This document shows positions 1 to 9,341 of a stretch of DNA of 64,000 nucleotides, one piece after another. This DNA comes from an uncultured Eubacteriales bacterium (GTDB lineage: Bacteria > Bacillota > Clostridia > Oscillospirales > CAG-272), in contig CAKSZH010000001.1 in the NCBI GenBank assembly GCA_934525675.1, positions 138,405 through 202,404 of the forward strand, in the 5' to 3' direction. Numbering within the stretch: position 1 is the stretch's first letter; every line of letters starts with the position of its first letter. Below the pieces are notes generated by a model, which was given only the letters and a program-made list of their open reading frames with translations, was not told the origin of the DNA and ran no database searches. Both the position numbers and the translations under genes were made by a program.

Positions 1-1
1 C

Positions 2-451
2 CTGACGTGGTATCCGCACCGGGACGTGAACTATACCCGCGAATACCTGCGGTATATCGGGCAGCGCTACCGCGTCGGTTCGTTTTACGACTGGGCGTTG
101 GAGTGGAAGCAGGATCACCGCATGATCGGGACCTGCGGCTTTACCTCGTTTGATTTCCCGAACAACCGCGGGGAGATCGGGTATGTCATCAACCCCGCGT
201 ACCGCGGGCAGGGGATCGCGCCGGAGGCTTGCCGCGCGGTGATGACCTTCGGATTTACGGAGCTGGGACTGCATCGCATCGAAGCACGGTACATCACGGG
301 AAACGACGCGTCGGAGCACGTGATGGAGAAATTGGGTATGAAGCCGGAGGGCGTGAGCCGCGGAGCAATGCTCATCAAGGGGCAGTACCGCGACATCGGC
401 ATCTGCGCGATCTTGCGCGATGAGTTCCTCGCCGGAAAAAAGTCTGAATAA
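2..451 (+). CDS. GNAT family N-acetyltransferase (RimJ/RimL-like), 5' end outside window
   Basis: The reading frame is open to the window edge, and the track start at 26 is only a GTG. It has the GNAT core RGQGIAPEACRAVMTFGFTELGLHRIEA and ends in TAA at 449-451. Confidence 0.8.
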   Translation: MTWYPHRDVNYTREYLRYIGQRYRVGSFYDWALEWKQDHRMIGTCGFTSFDFPNNRGEIGYVINPAYRGQGIAPEACRAVMTFGFTELGLHRIEARYITGNDASEHVMEKLGMKPEGVSRGAMLIKGQYRDIGICAILRDEFLAGKKSE

Positions 452-541
452 AGTGTGATTGGCGTGTCAATCCTTTCCGCGAAGACCTTTTGCGGCGACA
501 AACGGAATTCCGCAAAGAGTTCAGGAAAGGAAGGGATCCCT

Positions 542-1105
542 ATGGCAACCTATACAAAGCAGGGCGTTGACGTGGAAACGCTTCGCGGCACCGAAACCGA
601 AAAGAATCTGCACACGGCGCTGAGCGGGGAATCGCAGGCGTATCTCCGGTACAAATGGTTTGAAGCCAAAGCGAAAAGCGACGGGTATGTGGAGATTGCC
701 CGCATTTTTCAGGAGACGGCGGAGAACGAAAAAGAGCACGCGGAGATCTGGTTCCGCTATCTCGGCGGCTGGAGTGCGACCGAGCGCAACCTGGACGCCG
801 CGGCGGGCGGCGAGCATTTCGAGTGGGCGACCATGTACAAGGAATTTGAGGAGACCGCCAGGAAAGAGGGCTTTGACACCATCGCAGGACTGTTTTCCCG
901 CGTTGCTTCCATTGAGAAAATGCACGAGGAACGCTATGTGAAGTACCTTGACGAGGTGCGGCGCGGCGACAGCTTCCGGTCGGATACGGAAACAAAATGG
1001 ATCTGTCTCAACTGCGGGTACGTCGTGACCGGCAAAGAACCGCCCGCGATCTGCCCGGTCTGCTCTCACCCCGAAGGGTATTTTGCAAGGCAAGAACGAT
1101 CATAA
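542..1105 (+). CDS. rbr: rubrerythrin
   Basis: Starts at ATG 542 (MATYTKQG). It has an N-terminal diiron ferritin-like region (ENEKEHAEIW, EKMHEERY) and a C-terminal rubredoxin-type CLNCGY...CPVCSHP motif. Confidence 0.9.
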   Translation: MATYTKQGVDVETLRGTETEKNLHTALSGESQAYLRYKWFEAKAKSDGYVEIARIFQETAENEKEHAEIWFRYLGGWSATERNLDAAAGGEHFEWATMYKEFEETARKEGFDTIAGLFSRVASIEKMHEERYVKYLDEVRRGDSFRSDTETKWICLNCGYVVTGKEPPAICPVCSHPEGYFARQERS

Positions 1106-1150
1106 GATACCGGCACAAACGCGCAGCGTTTGTGCCGGTATCTTTGTTTT
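1106..1150 (+). terminator. intrinsic terminator after rbr
   Basis: Perfect 16-bp stem: GATACCGGCACAAACG (1106-1121) pairs with CGTTTGTGCCGGTATC (1127-1142). It is followed by TTTGTTTT. Confidence 0.85.
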
Positions 1151-1334
1151 CCGGAAGGCCGACCCTTTCTCCGCGTTCCGGTCAGGTCCGCATTCTCCGG
1201 TACACTTAATGCTCCTGCTCTTGATCCGGAGAGAAGACGCGCATTGCCCGGTGACTCGCCCCGGGATGAAAACAACCGGAGCGCCTTTTCTCCCGTCCCG
1301 CTCAAATTTTGCGGGAAAAGATCCCTTTGCCTTC

Positions 1335-1363
1335 TTGCTATTCCCGGCGGAATGTGCTAAAAT
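1335..1363 (+). promoter_or_regulatory. putative sigma-A promoter for pcrA
   Basis: TTGCTA, 17-nt spacer, TAAAAT, ending 36 nt upstream of the pcrA ATG. Confidence 0.45.
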
Positions 1364-1399
1364 AAAATATATTTTGAAGGATAGAAACGGGGATAGCAA

Positions 1400-3850
1400 A
1401 TGTCTGTCGCAGAAAGATATCTGAATGTCAAACGGGCGTTGTTTGAGCGGGCGTATTCCGACCTCAACGAACGCCAGAGGGAAGCGGTGTTCCGGACAGA
1501 GGGTCCGCTTCTGGTGCTTGCGGGGGCGGGAAGCGGAAAAACGACGGTGTTGGTGCGCCGCGTTGCTTTTATCCTCCGCTTCGGAAACGCGTACCATTCG
1601 GACGAGGTCCCTTACGGTGTGACCGAGGAGAGCGTTGCGGAGCTGGAACAGGCGCTGACGCTCCCGCCCGCGGAGATTTTTCCGATCCTTGACCGCTTTG
1701 CGGTTGGTGCCTGCCCGCCGTGGCGGATGCTCGCCATCACCTTTACCAACAAAGCGGCAAATGAGATCAAAACACGGCTTGCGGCGGCGCTCGGCGACCT
1801 GCCCGGCGTCGGCGATATTTGGGCGGGTACCTTCCACTCGATCTGTATGCGCATTTTGCGCCAGCACGGCGACAAGGTCGGCTACGGGCGGGATTTTTCG
1901 GTGTACGATACCGACGACACCAAGCGCGCGATCCTCTCGGTCATGAAGGCGGAGGAAATTGAAGAAAAGACATTCCCCGTCAAAAGCGTGATGAACGCGA
2001 TCGGCAGAGCCAAGGATAAACTGGAGACGCCGGACGACATGGCGGAGCGCGCGCGGGATTTCCGGGAAAAGCAGATCGCGCGGATTTATCGCGGGTACGC
2101 CGAACGGCTGAGGGCATCCAACGCGTTGGATTTTGATGACATCATCATGCAGACGGTGTTCCTGCTCCGCGATTTTCCCGAGGTGCGGGAGCAGTATCAG
2201 TCCAAGTTCCGTTATGTGTCGGTGGACGAGTATCAGGATACCAACGAGGCGCAGTTCCGCCTGACTTGGTTCCTCGCCGGCGGGAGCCGCAACCTCATGG
2301 TAGTCGGCGACGATGACCAGAGCATCTACCGTTTTCGCGGCGCGACGATTGAAAACATCCTGAATTTCGACCGGACCTATGCCGATGCCGCAGTCATCAA
2401 GCTGGAGCAGAATTACCGCTCGACGGGTACCATCCTGGATGCGGCGAACGCCGTCATTTCCCACAATGAAGGCAGGCGCGGCAAAAAGCTGTGGACGGAT
2501 CAGGGCGCAGGCTCCAAGATTACGGTCAGAGAGGTGCAGGATCAGAACGCAGAGGCGCGTTTTGTCGCCGAGACTGTGCAGAGCGGCGTTGCCTCCGGGA
2601 AACATATTTACCGGGATTACGCGATCCTGTATCGTACCAATGCCCAGTCCAACAGCATGGAGCGCGCCTTCACTCGAAGCGGCGTGCCGTACCGCGTGCT
2701 CGGCGGCACCCGGTTTACCGACCGCAAGGAAATCCGCGACGTTGTGGCGTACCTTCAGCTCATCAACAACCACGGCGACCGCGAGCGGCTGCTGCGCATC
2801 ATCAACGAGCCGAAGCGCAAGATCGGCGACCGGACGCTGGAGGCAGTCGAACAGATTGCAAAGGAGAAGGAGTGTACCCTGTTCCATGTGCTGGAAACGG
2901 CGGACGAATATCCCGCCCTCGCGCGTACCGCCACGACGCTTTCGGAGTTCGCGGCACTCATCAACGCGCTGACCGTCCGTGCCGGAGAGGTTCCGCTTGA
3001 CACCCTGTTTGACGAGGTGCTCGACCGTTCGGGGTACCGCCAGATGCTCATTGACGGCGGCGAGGAAGAGAAGGACCGGCTGGAAAACCTCGACGAATTC
3101 AAGTCGAATATCGTGGAATACCGTAATCAGAACGAGCAGCCGACCCTGACAGGCTTCCTCGAGGAGACCGCACTGGTCGCCGACGTCGATCGCTACGACG
3201 AAACGGCGGATGCGGTGGTCATGATGACCATTCACTCCGCAAAGGGACTGGAATTCCCGGTGGTGTTCTTGCCCGGTATGGAGGACGGCATCTTCCCCGG
3301 AATGCAGACGATCATGGGCGCTCCCGGCGAAATGGAGGAGGAAAGACGGCTTGCCTACGTGGCAATCACGAGAGCCAAGCGCGAATTGTATATCCTGCAC
3401 GCCAAGACCCGCCTCATGTACGCGCGGACGATGGCAAACCCCGTTTCGCGCTTCGTGGGAGAGATCCCGGACGAGCTGGTGGACCGCAAGGACCTTGACG
3501 AGGGCGGCGGAATGTACGGCGGCGGGATGTACGGAAGCCCATACGGGCAGAAGACCTATCATTTCGGAGATGACGCGAGTTCCGGCGGATACGGGGCGTC
3601 CCGGAGAAAACGACAGTTCGTTGAAGCGGAGCAGGCGACGGTGAACAAGCCGCTCATGGAACACGGAACGCACTTCGGTGCAAAGCCGGTTTTTTCGGAG
3701 GGCGATCGCGTGGTGCATCCCACCTTCGGACGCGGCGAGGTGCTGAGTGTCCGGAAAATGGGCGCGGATACGCTGTATGAGATCATGTTTGACTCTGTGG
3801 GAACCAAAAAGCTGATGGCAACCTATGCCAAGCTCCGCCGGGCAGACTGA
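1400..3850 (+). CDS. pcrA: ATP-dependent DNA helicase PcrA (UvrD/Rep superfamily 1)
   Basis: Walker A AGAGSGKTTVL, DEYQDTN, VGDDDQSIYRFRGA and TIHSAKGLEFPVVF motifs. C-terminal Tudor-like tail (GDRVVHPTFGRGEVLSV). Confidence 0.93.
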   Translation: MSVAERYLNVKRALFERAYSDLNERQREAVFRTEGPLLVLAGAGSGKTTVLVRRVAFILRFGNAYHSDEVPYGVTEESVAELEQALTLPPAEIFPILDRFAVGACPPWRMLAITFTNKAANEIKTRLAAALGDLPGVGDIWAGTFHSICMRILRQHGDKVGYGRDFSVYDTDDTKRAILSVMKAEEIEEKTFPVKSVMNAIGRAKDKLETPDDMAERARDFREKQIARIYRGYAERLRASNALDFDDIIMQTVFLLRDFPEVREQYQSKFRYVSVDEYQDTNEAQFRLTWFLAGGSRNLMVVGDDDQSIYRFRGATIENILNFDRTYADAAVIKLEQNYRSTGTILDAANAVISHNEGRRGKKLWTDQGAGSKITVREVQDQNAEARFVAETVQSGVASGKHIYRDYAILYRTNAQSNSMERAFTRSGVPYRVLGGTRFTDRKEIRDVVAYLQLINNHGDRERLLRIINEPKRKIGDRTLEAVEQIAKEKECTLFHVLETADEYPALARTATTLSEFAALINALTVRAGEVPLDTLFDEVLDRSGYRQMLIDGGEEEKDRLENLDEFKSNIVEYRNQNEQPTLTGFLEETALVADVDRYDETADAVVMMTIHSAKGLEFPVVFLPGMEDGIFPGMQTIMGAPGEMEEERRLAYVAITRAKRELYILHAKTRLMYARTMANPVSRFVGEIPDELVDRKDLDEGGGMYGGGMYGSPYGQKTYHFGDDASSGGYGASRRKRQFVEAEQATVNKPLMEHGTHFGAKPVFSEGDRVVHPTFGRGEVLSVRKMGADTLYEIMFDSVGTKKLMATYAKLRRAD

Positions 3851-3857
3851 GATCTGT

Positions 3858-3902
3858 AAAAGCCGCCCCGGTTGTGCGTTTGCACAACCGGGGCGGCTTG
3901 AT
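3858..3902. terminator. bidirectional terminator between convergent pcrA and the S1-domain gene
   Basis: Perfect 18-bp stem: AAGCCGCCCCGGTTGTGC (3860-3877) pairs with GCACAACCGGGGCGGCTT (3882-3899), with loop GTTT. Confidence 0.75.
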
Positions 3903-3906
3903 CGTT

Positions 3907-4899
3907 TCATTCCTCTCCGAATACGCTTTCAATCACCCGGCGCGCGCCGTCGGGAGAATACCGCCAGCTCCGGATGGATTCCGTGTGTTCCACATCAATG
4001 TAGTACTTCGGCGGGAGCGGACGTCTTTGTTCCCGGCAGACGTCGATCAGTACCAGCTTGATCTTCATGCGGTCGGGAACGATGCTCTTGATGTATACCG
4101 CGGCGCCGGCGCCGATCAGCTGTTCCGCGGGAAGCGTCAGGTCGTCCCGCAGTTCAGCAAGTCCCGCAAGGTTTGGGGTCAGCTCCACGAAAATGCCGTA
4201 TTCCTCCACGCTCCGGATGATCCCCGTGACGGTCTGACCCGCTTCAAACTGTGCCGCGTTTTCCTCCCAGGTGCCGAGCAGCTCACGCATGGAGAGAAAC
4301 AGCCGCCCCGTTTCCGGATCGACCGTTTTGACGACATTCCAGAGGAACATTCCGGGCGTCAGCCGGTCGCGCGGGTGGGAAATGCGCGAGACCGAAATGC
4401 AGTCCACGGAAAGAAGCGACGCGATTCCGCACCCCACGTCCACGAATGCGCCGAAGTTTTCAAGGTGCGTGACCTTGGTGCGGACAAGATCGCCCGGCTT
4501 CAGTGCGGGCAACCGGACCTCCGCACATTCCTTCTGTGCCGCGCGGCGGGAGAGCAGGGCGGTCGGGACCCCGTCACGGACCTCGATCCCTGTGACAAAA
4601 AAGCACACAGGCTTTCCGACGCGCGTGATGACGGCAATATCCTTGAAGGGTTCCCCCGGACGGCACCAGATTGCCTCTTCTCTTGGTATGATACCCGGGA
4701 TCCCGCACAGATCGACGTGCAGATTCAGCTCCGTATCGCAGAGCACGGCGATCGCTTCCAGAATCGCGTGATCTCTGATGGCTGTTTCCAGATTTTTGAC
4801 GGAAGACAGATATGCCCGGTTTTCCGCGGTGCCGATCCGGGAACCCTCCGGCAGATAACGTCCGCCCGGACACAGTTCAGACTGAGGTTGCATTTGCAT
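3907..4899 (-). CDS. S1 RNA-binding domain protein (two S1 folds)
   Basis: Two S1 signatures: GDLVRTKVTHLENFGAFVDVG and GQTVTGIIRSVEEYGIFVEL. I place the start at ATG 4899 (MQMQPQ). The longer track ORF (to 5253) would run through the rplM promoter. Confidence 0.75.
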   Translation of the reverse strand: MQMQPQSELCPGGRYLPEGSRIGTAENRAYLSSVKNLETAIRDHAILEAIAVLCDTELNLHVDLCGIPGIIPREEAIWCRPGEPFKDIAVITRVGKPVCFFVTGIEVRDGVPTALLSRRAAQKECAEVRLPALKPGDLVRTKVTHLENFGAFVDVGCGIASLLSVDCISVSRISHPRDRLTPGMFLWNVVKTVDPETGRLFLSMRELLGTWEENAAQFEAGQTVTGIIRSVEEYGIFVELTPNLAGLAELRDDLTLPAEQLIGAGAAVYIKSIVPDRMKIKLVLIDVCREQRRPLPPKYYIDVEHTESIRSWRYSPDGARRVIESVFGEE

Positions 4900-5169
4900 A
4901 ATTATGTACTCCGTTCCGCCGCACAAGCGGCTTTTTTTCATTGGTTCCTTTGCAGTGGAACTATATGTGAAACGGAAGGAATTTATGCTGTCCCGATCCT
5001 GTTTTACCGGGAAAGAGAATGCGCAAGGCGGAAGTGCGCTGCCGGAGCATGATGTGAAAAATTTTGATATCGTATCCCGGGAAATGATATAAAAAAGCGA
5101 GAAAAACGGAGAATTCGCGAGATTGTACAGCGGTAAATTAAAATAACCGGATTTTTTTCGAAAAAGGTA

Positions 5170-5198
5170 TTGACAAGCCCCGAAGGGCGTGCTATAAT
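5170..5198 (+). promoter_or_regulatory. sigma-A promoter of the rplM-rpsI operon
   Basis: Consensus TTGACA (5170-5175), 17-nt spacer, TATAAT (5193-5198), 45 nt upstream of the rplM ATG. Confidence 0.7.
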
Positions 5199-5243
5199 AC
5201 ACAGGCATGAAAAAAACCTTATCATATTTCGGAGGAAATAGCA

Positions 5244-5672
5244 ATGTCCACATTTATGCAGAAGAAAGAAGCCGTTACCCGCAAGTGGTACGTGCTGGAC
5301 GCTGCCGGAAAGCCCATGGGCAAGACCGCAGTTGCCGCTGCCGACCTGCTTCGCGGAAAGAATGCACCGGAGTTTACCCCGAACGTTGACTGCGGGAACT
5401 TCGTTATCATTATCAACGCAGAGAAGGCTGTTCTCACCGGCAAGAAGCTGGAGAAGAAGTACTACCATCATCATTCCGGTTACATCGGCGGTCTGAAGTC
5501 CGTTCAGTACAAGACGCTGATGGCAACCAAGCCCGAATTTGCCATGGAGACCGCCGTCAAGGGAATGCTCCCCAAGAATTCTCTCGGCGCCGAGGCTGCA
5601 ACCCGCCTCAAGGTTTACGCGGGCGAGACTCATAAGCACGAGGCGCAGAAGCCCGAAGCTTACGAGTTCTAA
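5244..5672 (+). CDS. rplM: 50S ribosomal protein L13
   Basis: KWYVLDA...GNFVIIINAEK...YYHHSGYIGGLK is classic L13. RBS GGAGGAAA lies upstream. Confidence 0.97.
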   Translation: MSTFMQKKEAVTRKWYVLDAAGKPMGKTAVAAADLLRGKNAPEFTPNVDCGNFVIIINAEKAVLTGKKLEKKYYHHHSGYIGGLKSVQYKTLMATKPEFAMETAVKGMLPKNSLGAEAATRLKVYAGETHKHEAQKPEAYEF

Positions 5673-5696
5673 TCAAGGAAAGGAAGGCAGAGAATT

Positions 5697-6098
5697 ATGT
5701 ATACCAGTGCAAAACCCTACTTCTACGGAACCGGAAGAAGAAAGAAGTCCATTGCCCGCGTTCGCATCGTGCCGGGAACCGGCGCCATCACGATCAACGG
5801 TCGCGATATTGATAATTATTTCGGTCTTGAGACGCTCAAGCTGATTGTCAACCAGCCTTTCGCCGTTACCGGCACCGAAGGAAAGTTCAACATTATCGCC
5901 AACGTCATCGGCGGCGGTATTTCCGGTCAGGCAGGCGCGATTCGCCACGGTCTCTCCCGTGCGCTTGTCGCGGCTGACGAAGCAAACAAGCCTGCACTCA
6001 AGGCGGCAGGTTTCCTGACCCGTGACCCTCGTATGAAAGAAAGAAAGAAGTACGGCCTCAAAGCAGCACGTCGTGCTCCTCAGTTCTCCAAGAGATAA
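5697..6098 (+). CDS. rpsI: 30S ribosomal protein S9
   Basis: [12 protein letters not shown]...[19 protein letters not shown]...[17 protein letters not shown]. Confidence 0.97.
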   Translation: MYTSAKPYFYGTGRRKKSIARVRIVPGTGAITINGRDIDNYFGLETLKLIVNQPFAVTGTEGKFNIIANVIGGGISGQAGAIRHGLSRALVAADEANKPALKAAGFLTRDPRMKERKKYGLKAARRAPQFSKR

Positions 6099-6116
6099 TT
6101 TCTTTTGCGGAATTTC

Positions 6117-6153
6117 AAAACCCGGAACCCAAATGGTTCCGGGTTTTCTTTTG
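6117..6153 (+). terminator. intrinsic terminator after rpsI
   Basis: AAAACCCGGAACC (6117-6129) pairs with GGTTCCGGGTTTT (6135-6147), followed by CTTTTG. Confidence 0.8.
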
Positions 6154-6357
6154 TGTATCGTCTGTCCGCCGGCTTGCCTGACTGAATCGGTATCCTATAA
6201 ACTTTTTACGTCGATATCGCCTTCCCGCGCCGCCGCGCCCGGGCGACTTCCGCCCCCGCCTGCGGCAACTCCGTCGCCGCGGCGGGGACTTCCGCCGCCC
6301 GTACCCGTCGGCTTGTACCGCTGAACCGAAAATTTCTGTTTATGCTGAATTCTTACG

Positions 6358-6395
6358 AAAACAGGAACCGCCGCAGGCGGTTCCTGTTTTCTGTT
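6358..6395. terminator. terminator downstream of the esterase gene (reads on both strands)
   Basis: ACAGGAACCGCC (6361-6372) pairs with GGCGGTTCCTGT (6376-6387). The plus strand has a T-run after the stem. The minus strand has a shorter one (TTTCG). Confidence 0.7.
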
Positions 6396-6455
6396 CTTTG
6401 ATTTACACCACATTCTCCGTTCGGAGTTTTTGTGACGGATCTCCCTGCGTTCTCC

Positions 6456-7166
6456 TTACGCAATCGGGCGCGGGAAGGACAGATCGTCGCGCTTCTGCTC
6501 GAGAAGCCAGTCAATGACCGTCGTGTACCAGTACGCGTCATCCCAGGAGCAGTGCCCGACATTGTTGAAGATGGTGAAACGGACGTTCCCGCCGAAATTC
6601 CGGGCGGAATTGACCATCTGATAAGACATTTCAACCGGCACGGTGTCGTCCTTGTCGCCGTGGAACGCCCAGACCGGCGTCTTGGCAAGATTGCCCGCTC
6701 TCCAGGGGAATCCGCCGCCGCAGATCGGCGCCAGTCCCGCAAAAAATTCGGGATAGGTAATCCCCAGTTCCCATGTTCCGAATCCGCCCATCGAAAGCCC
6801 GGTCGCTGTGATACGATGCATGTCGACGTTGTATTCGGCAGCGACCTTGTCGATCAGCTCCTTCAGGGTGAAAATGATATTGTTCCACACCATGTCCTCG
6901 GGACAGCGGGGGCAGAGAATGATCGCGGGAATGTCCTTTGCATCACAGGCAACAATACTGCTGAGTCCGATGCAGTGAACAGTGGTCAGATCCTTCATGC
7001 CGCCGCGCTCGCCCGCACCGTGCAGAAAGACAATCAGGGGGAGCTTTTCTTTCTTCCAGTCGAGCTTCTTCGGCAGGAAAAGTTCGTAGGCAATGCCGGG
7101 AATATAGCCGTTTTTGGGGGAAACGAACAGATCGGATACGACGTGATAGAGCTTTGTGTCGTCCAT
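6456..7166 (-). CDS. alpha/beta hydrolase (carboxylesterase / prolyl-oligopeptidase-like)
   Basis: Nucleophile elbow GLSMGG, FLHGAGERG, and HGDKDDTVP with a downstream His. RBS AAGGAGA precedes ATG 7166. Confidence 0.8.
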   Translation of the reverse strand: MDDTKLYHVVSDLFVSPKNGYIPGIAYELFLPKKLDWKKEKLPLIVFLHGAGERGGMKDLTTVHCIGLSSIVACDAKDIPAIILCPRCPEDMVWNNIIFTLKELIDKVAAEYNVDMHRITATGLSMGGFGTWELGITYPEFFAGLAPICGGGFPWRAGNLAKTPVWAFHGDKDDTVPVEMSYQMVNSARNFGGNVRFTIFNNVGHCSWDDAYWYTTVIDWLLEQKRDDLSFPRPIA

Positions 7167-7222
7167 GGTATTCTCCTTGTGGTTGCCGCGGCACCAAAGC
7201 GCCGCGAAAAATGTTTCAACTC

Positions 7223-7252
7223 ATTGTATCATACAGGAGGTCCCTCCGTCAA
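7223..7252 (-). promoter_or_regulatory. putative promoter of the esterase gene
   Basis: The minus strand reads TTGACG, 18-nt spacer, TACAAT, with an extended -10 TGa. Confidence 0.45.
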
Positions 7253-7346
7253 CCGTTTGCCCAAAAAAGAAGCGGAACCGGTTGCTTTTGACCGTTTTTT
7301 CACGGAATCCCGCTTTCTGCCCGTCAAACGGCACGTTTGCCTTGCG

Positions 7347-9176
7347 TCAGAATTCCCATTCCACCCGATACCGCTCCGCCCACACGTCCAGCTGATACAG
7401 CCACGCAAGCAATTGCGGGCGCGCCATGAGCTGACCGAACCAGGTCACGTCGCCGCCGTCCAGCAGATCGCGGAGTTTTTTCTTATCAAGATATTCGTGA
7501 AGGAAGCCCTGCTTGCGGGCGATGCGTTCCCGCACCATGGACAACACCCGCTCCTCGTAGGCGGGATTGTGCGTTTTGGGGTACGGACTCTTCTTGCGCC
7601 ACAGAATGCGCTCGGGTAAGTCCCCCCGCATGGCTTCGCGGAGCAGCGATTTTTCGTGCCCGTTTTCCATTTTGTAAGCCCACGGCAGATTGAACACATA
7701 TTCGAGGATACGGTGATCTCCGAACGGTACGCGCACCTCCAGCCCCGACCACATGCTCATGCGGTCTTTGCGTTCCAAGAGGGAGGTCATGAAATAGCGG
7801 GTCGAGAGCCACGTCGCGATCCGCGCCGTGCGGTCCTCGGGAGATTCCCCGTCCGCAACGGGGCAGGCGGCAAGATCGCTCCGGTATTTCTCCGAGAGGT
7901 AAGCAAAGCCTTCGTCCGCGCGGGCGACATCCGGGCGGAGCAGTCCGATCCGCGCCATCGGCTCATGGATCCACGGATAGAAGTCCCGCGAAAGCATTTC
8001 GGGGCGGTAGAACCACGGATACCCGCCGAAAATCTCATCCGAGCATTCCCCGGACAGCGCGACCGTGTGACGCTTTTTGACCTGACTGCAATACCAGAGC
8101 AAGGAGGAATCAATGTCCGCTTGCCCCGGGAAGTCCCGCGCGAGAACGGCAGGGGCGAGACTGTCCGCCACGTCCTCCGTCGATGCCGTGAGGATCGTGT
8201 GATCGGTGCCGAGGCGCTCGGCAAGCCACGCGGCAAACTCATCGTCCGACTGCGGCTGAAACAGACTTGCGTGAAAGTCTTCGTGATTCCCCTCGTATTC
8301 AAAGGAATAGGTCGCAAGCACCTCGCCCTTTTCCCGGTAAGCCTTCGCCGCGATTGCCGTGACCACGGAGGAATCCAGCCCGCCGGACAGGAAAGTGCAG
8401 AGGGGGACGTCGCTGACCAGCTGCCGCCGGACTGCGTCGGTGACAAGAACGCGGGTCGTCTCAATCGCCTGTTCTTTTGAGTCCCTGCATTCCTCGGCGC
8501 GGAGCTGCCAGTAAGGGTAGGTGCAAAGTCCCCTTTCCCCGTACTCGGCGGCATAACCGGGAAGCAGTTGACGGATCCCCTTGAAAATGCCGCTTCCGCG
8601 GAGCGTGACGGGGGTCAGGAAAAACAATTCCCAGAGCCCCCGCCGGTCAACGACGGGGCGCACGTCCGCATGGGCAAGCAGCCCCTTGAGTTCCGAGGAA
8701 AAATAGAATTTCCCGCCGACCTCCGTGAAGTACAGCGGCTTGATGCCGAAGCGGTCCCGCGCGAGAAACAGGCGCTCTCCCTCCACGCCCTCCGAAAGGA
8801 TACAGTAGGCGAAAATGCCGTTCAGCCGCTTTGGGCTGTCCTTGCCCCAGAGGATATACGCCCAGAGCACGACCTCCGTGTCACATCTGGTGCGGAACTC
8901 GGCGCCCGCGCGGACAAGCTCGGCGGTCAGCTCTTCTGCGTTGTAAATTTCCCCGTTATATACGATGGTGTAGGTCACCCCGCGCCAGTTGACGGTCAGC
9001 GGTTGCCTGCCGTTTTCCACGTCAATGACGGCGAGACGGTTGTGCCCGAGTGACACCCTGCGTGCCCGGTATTCGCCCGACTGATCGGGACCGCGCCGTT
9101 TCATGGCGGCGTTCATGCCGCCGGTATCGGGACACCCCCAGAAATGAAAATCCGCCGCACCGCAGATCGAACACAT
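7347..9176 (-). CDS. asnB: asparagine synthase (glutamine-hydrolysing)
   Basis: N-terminal Cys2 Ntn amidotransferase domain (MCSICG...HNRLAVIDV...QP). Synthetase domain with FLSGGLDSS PP-loop. RBS GGGAGGA. Confidence 0.9.
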   Translation of the reverse strand: MCSICGAADFHFWGCPDTGGMNAAMKRRGPDQSGEYRARRVSLGHNRLAVIDVENGRQPLTVNWRGVTYTIVYNGEIYNAEELTAELVRAGAEFRTRCDTEVVLWAYILWGKDSPKRLNGIFAYCILSEGVEGERLFLARDRFGIKPLYFTEVGGKFYFSSELKGLLAHADVRPVVDRRGLWELFFLTPVTLRGSGIFKGIRQLLPGYAAEYGERGLCTYPYWQLRAEECRDSKEQAIETTRVLVTDAVRRQLVSDVPLCTFLSGGLDSSVVTAIAAKAYREKGEVLATYSFEYEGNHEDFHASLFQPQSDDEFAAWLAERLGTDHTILTASTEDVADSLAPAVLARDFPGQADIDSSLLWYCSQVKKRHTVALSGECSDEIFGGYPWFYRPEMLSRDFYPWIHEPMARIGLLRPDVARADEGFAYLSEKYRSDLAACPVADGESPEDRTARIATWLSTRYFMTSLLERKDRMSMWSGLEVRVPFGDHRILEYVFNLPWAYKMENGHEKSLLREAMRGDLPERILWRKKSPYPKTHNPAYEERVLSMVRERIARKQGFLHEYLDKKKLRDLLDGGDVTWFGQLMARPQLLAWLYQLDVWAERYRVEWEF

Positions 9177-9341
9177 ATGATATTCCTCCCTTCACGTCCG
9201 GCATACGTTGCCGGTCCGGCATACCGGCTGACACCCGGTACATCTGTCACAGTATATGATTGCCGACTCCCGGAATGTTATCCGCGTGACAGGGGATTCC
9301 GATGCTTCATATCCTGAAAAGAAAACGGAGGATGGACGGGA

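Noticed and set aside
1100-3910. 936-aa ORF antisense to pcrA. The same class of long antisense ORF also occurs at 3874-5052, 6432-7619, 7656-8480, 10142-11413, 12097-13437, 13576-15417, 14984-16153, 21287-23419, 23428-24252, 25444-27444, 31248-33647, 33926-35269, 35764-37221, 39279-40655, 40755-42026, 42930-44348, 45879-47150, 52894-55800, 56816-57964 and 58646-61381.
   Set aside because: Each lies opposite a gene with unmistakable family motifs (Walker boxes, ribosomal or translocase signatures). Their products are Arg/Gly/His/Pro-rich with no recognisable motifs and no RBS. Long stop-free antisense frames are expected in GC-rich DNA.
6195-6413. 72-aa Gly/Arg-rich ORF between the rpsI terminator and the esterase terminator. 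It is the only ORF here ending in TAG.
   Set aside because: Its only ATG lies outside (upstream of) the terminator hairpin that it would have to read through. It has no SD and low-complexity composition. The region more likely holds REP-like GC-rich repeats.
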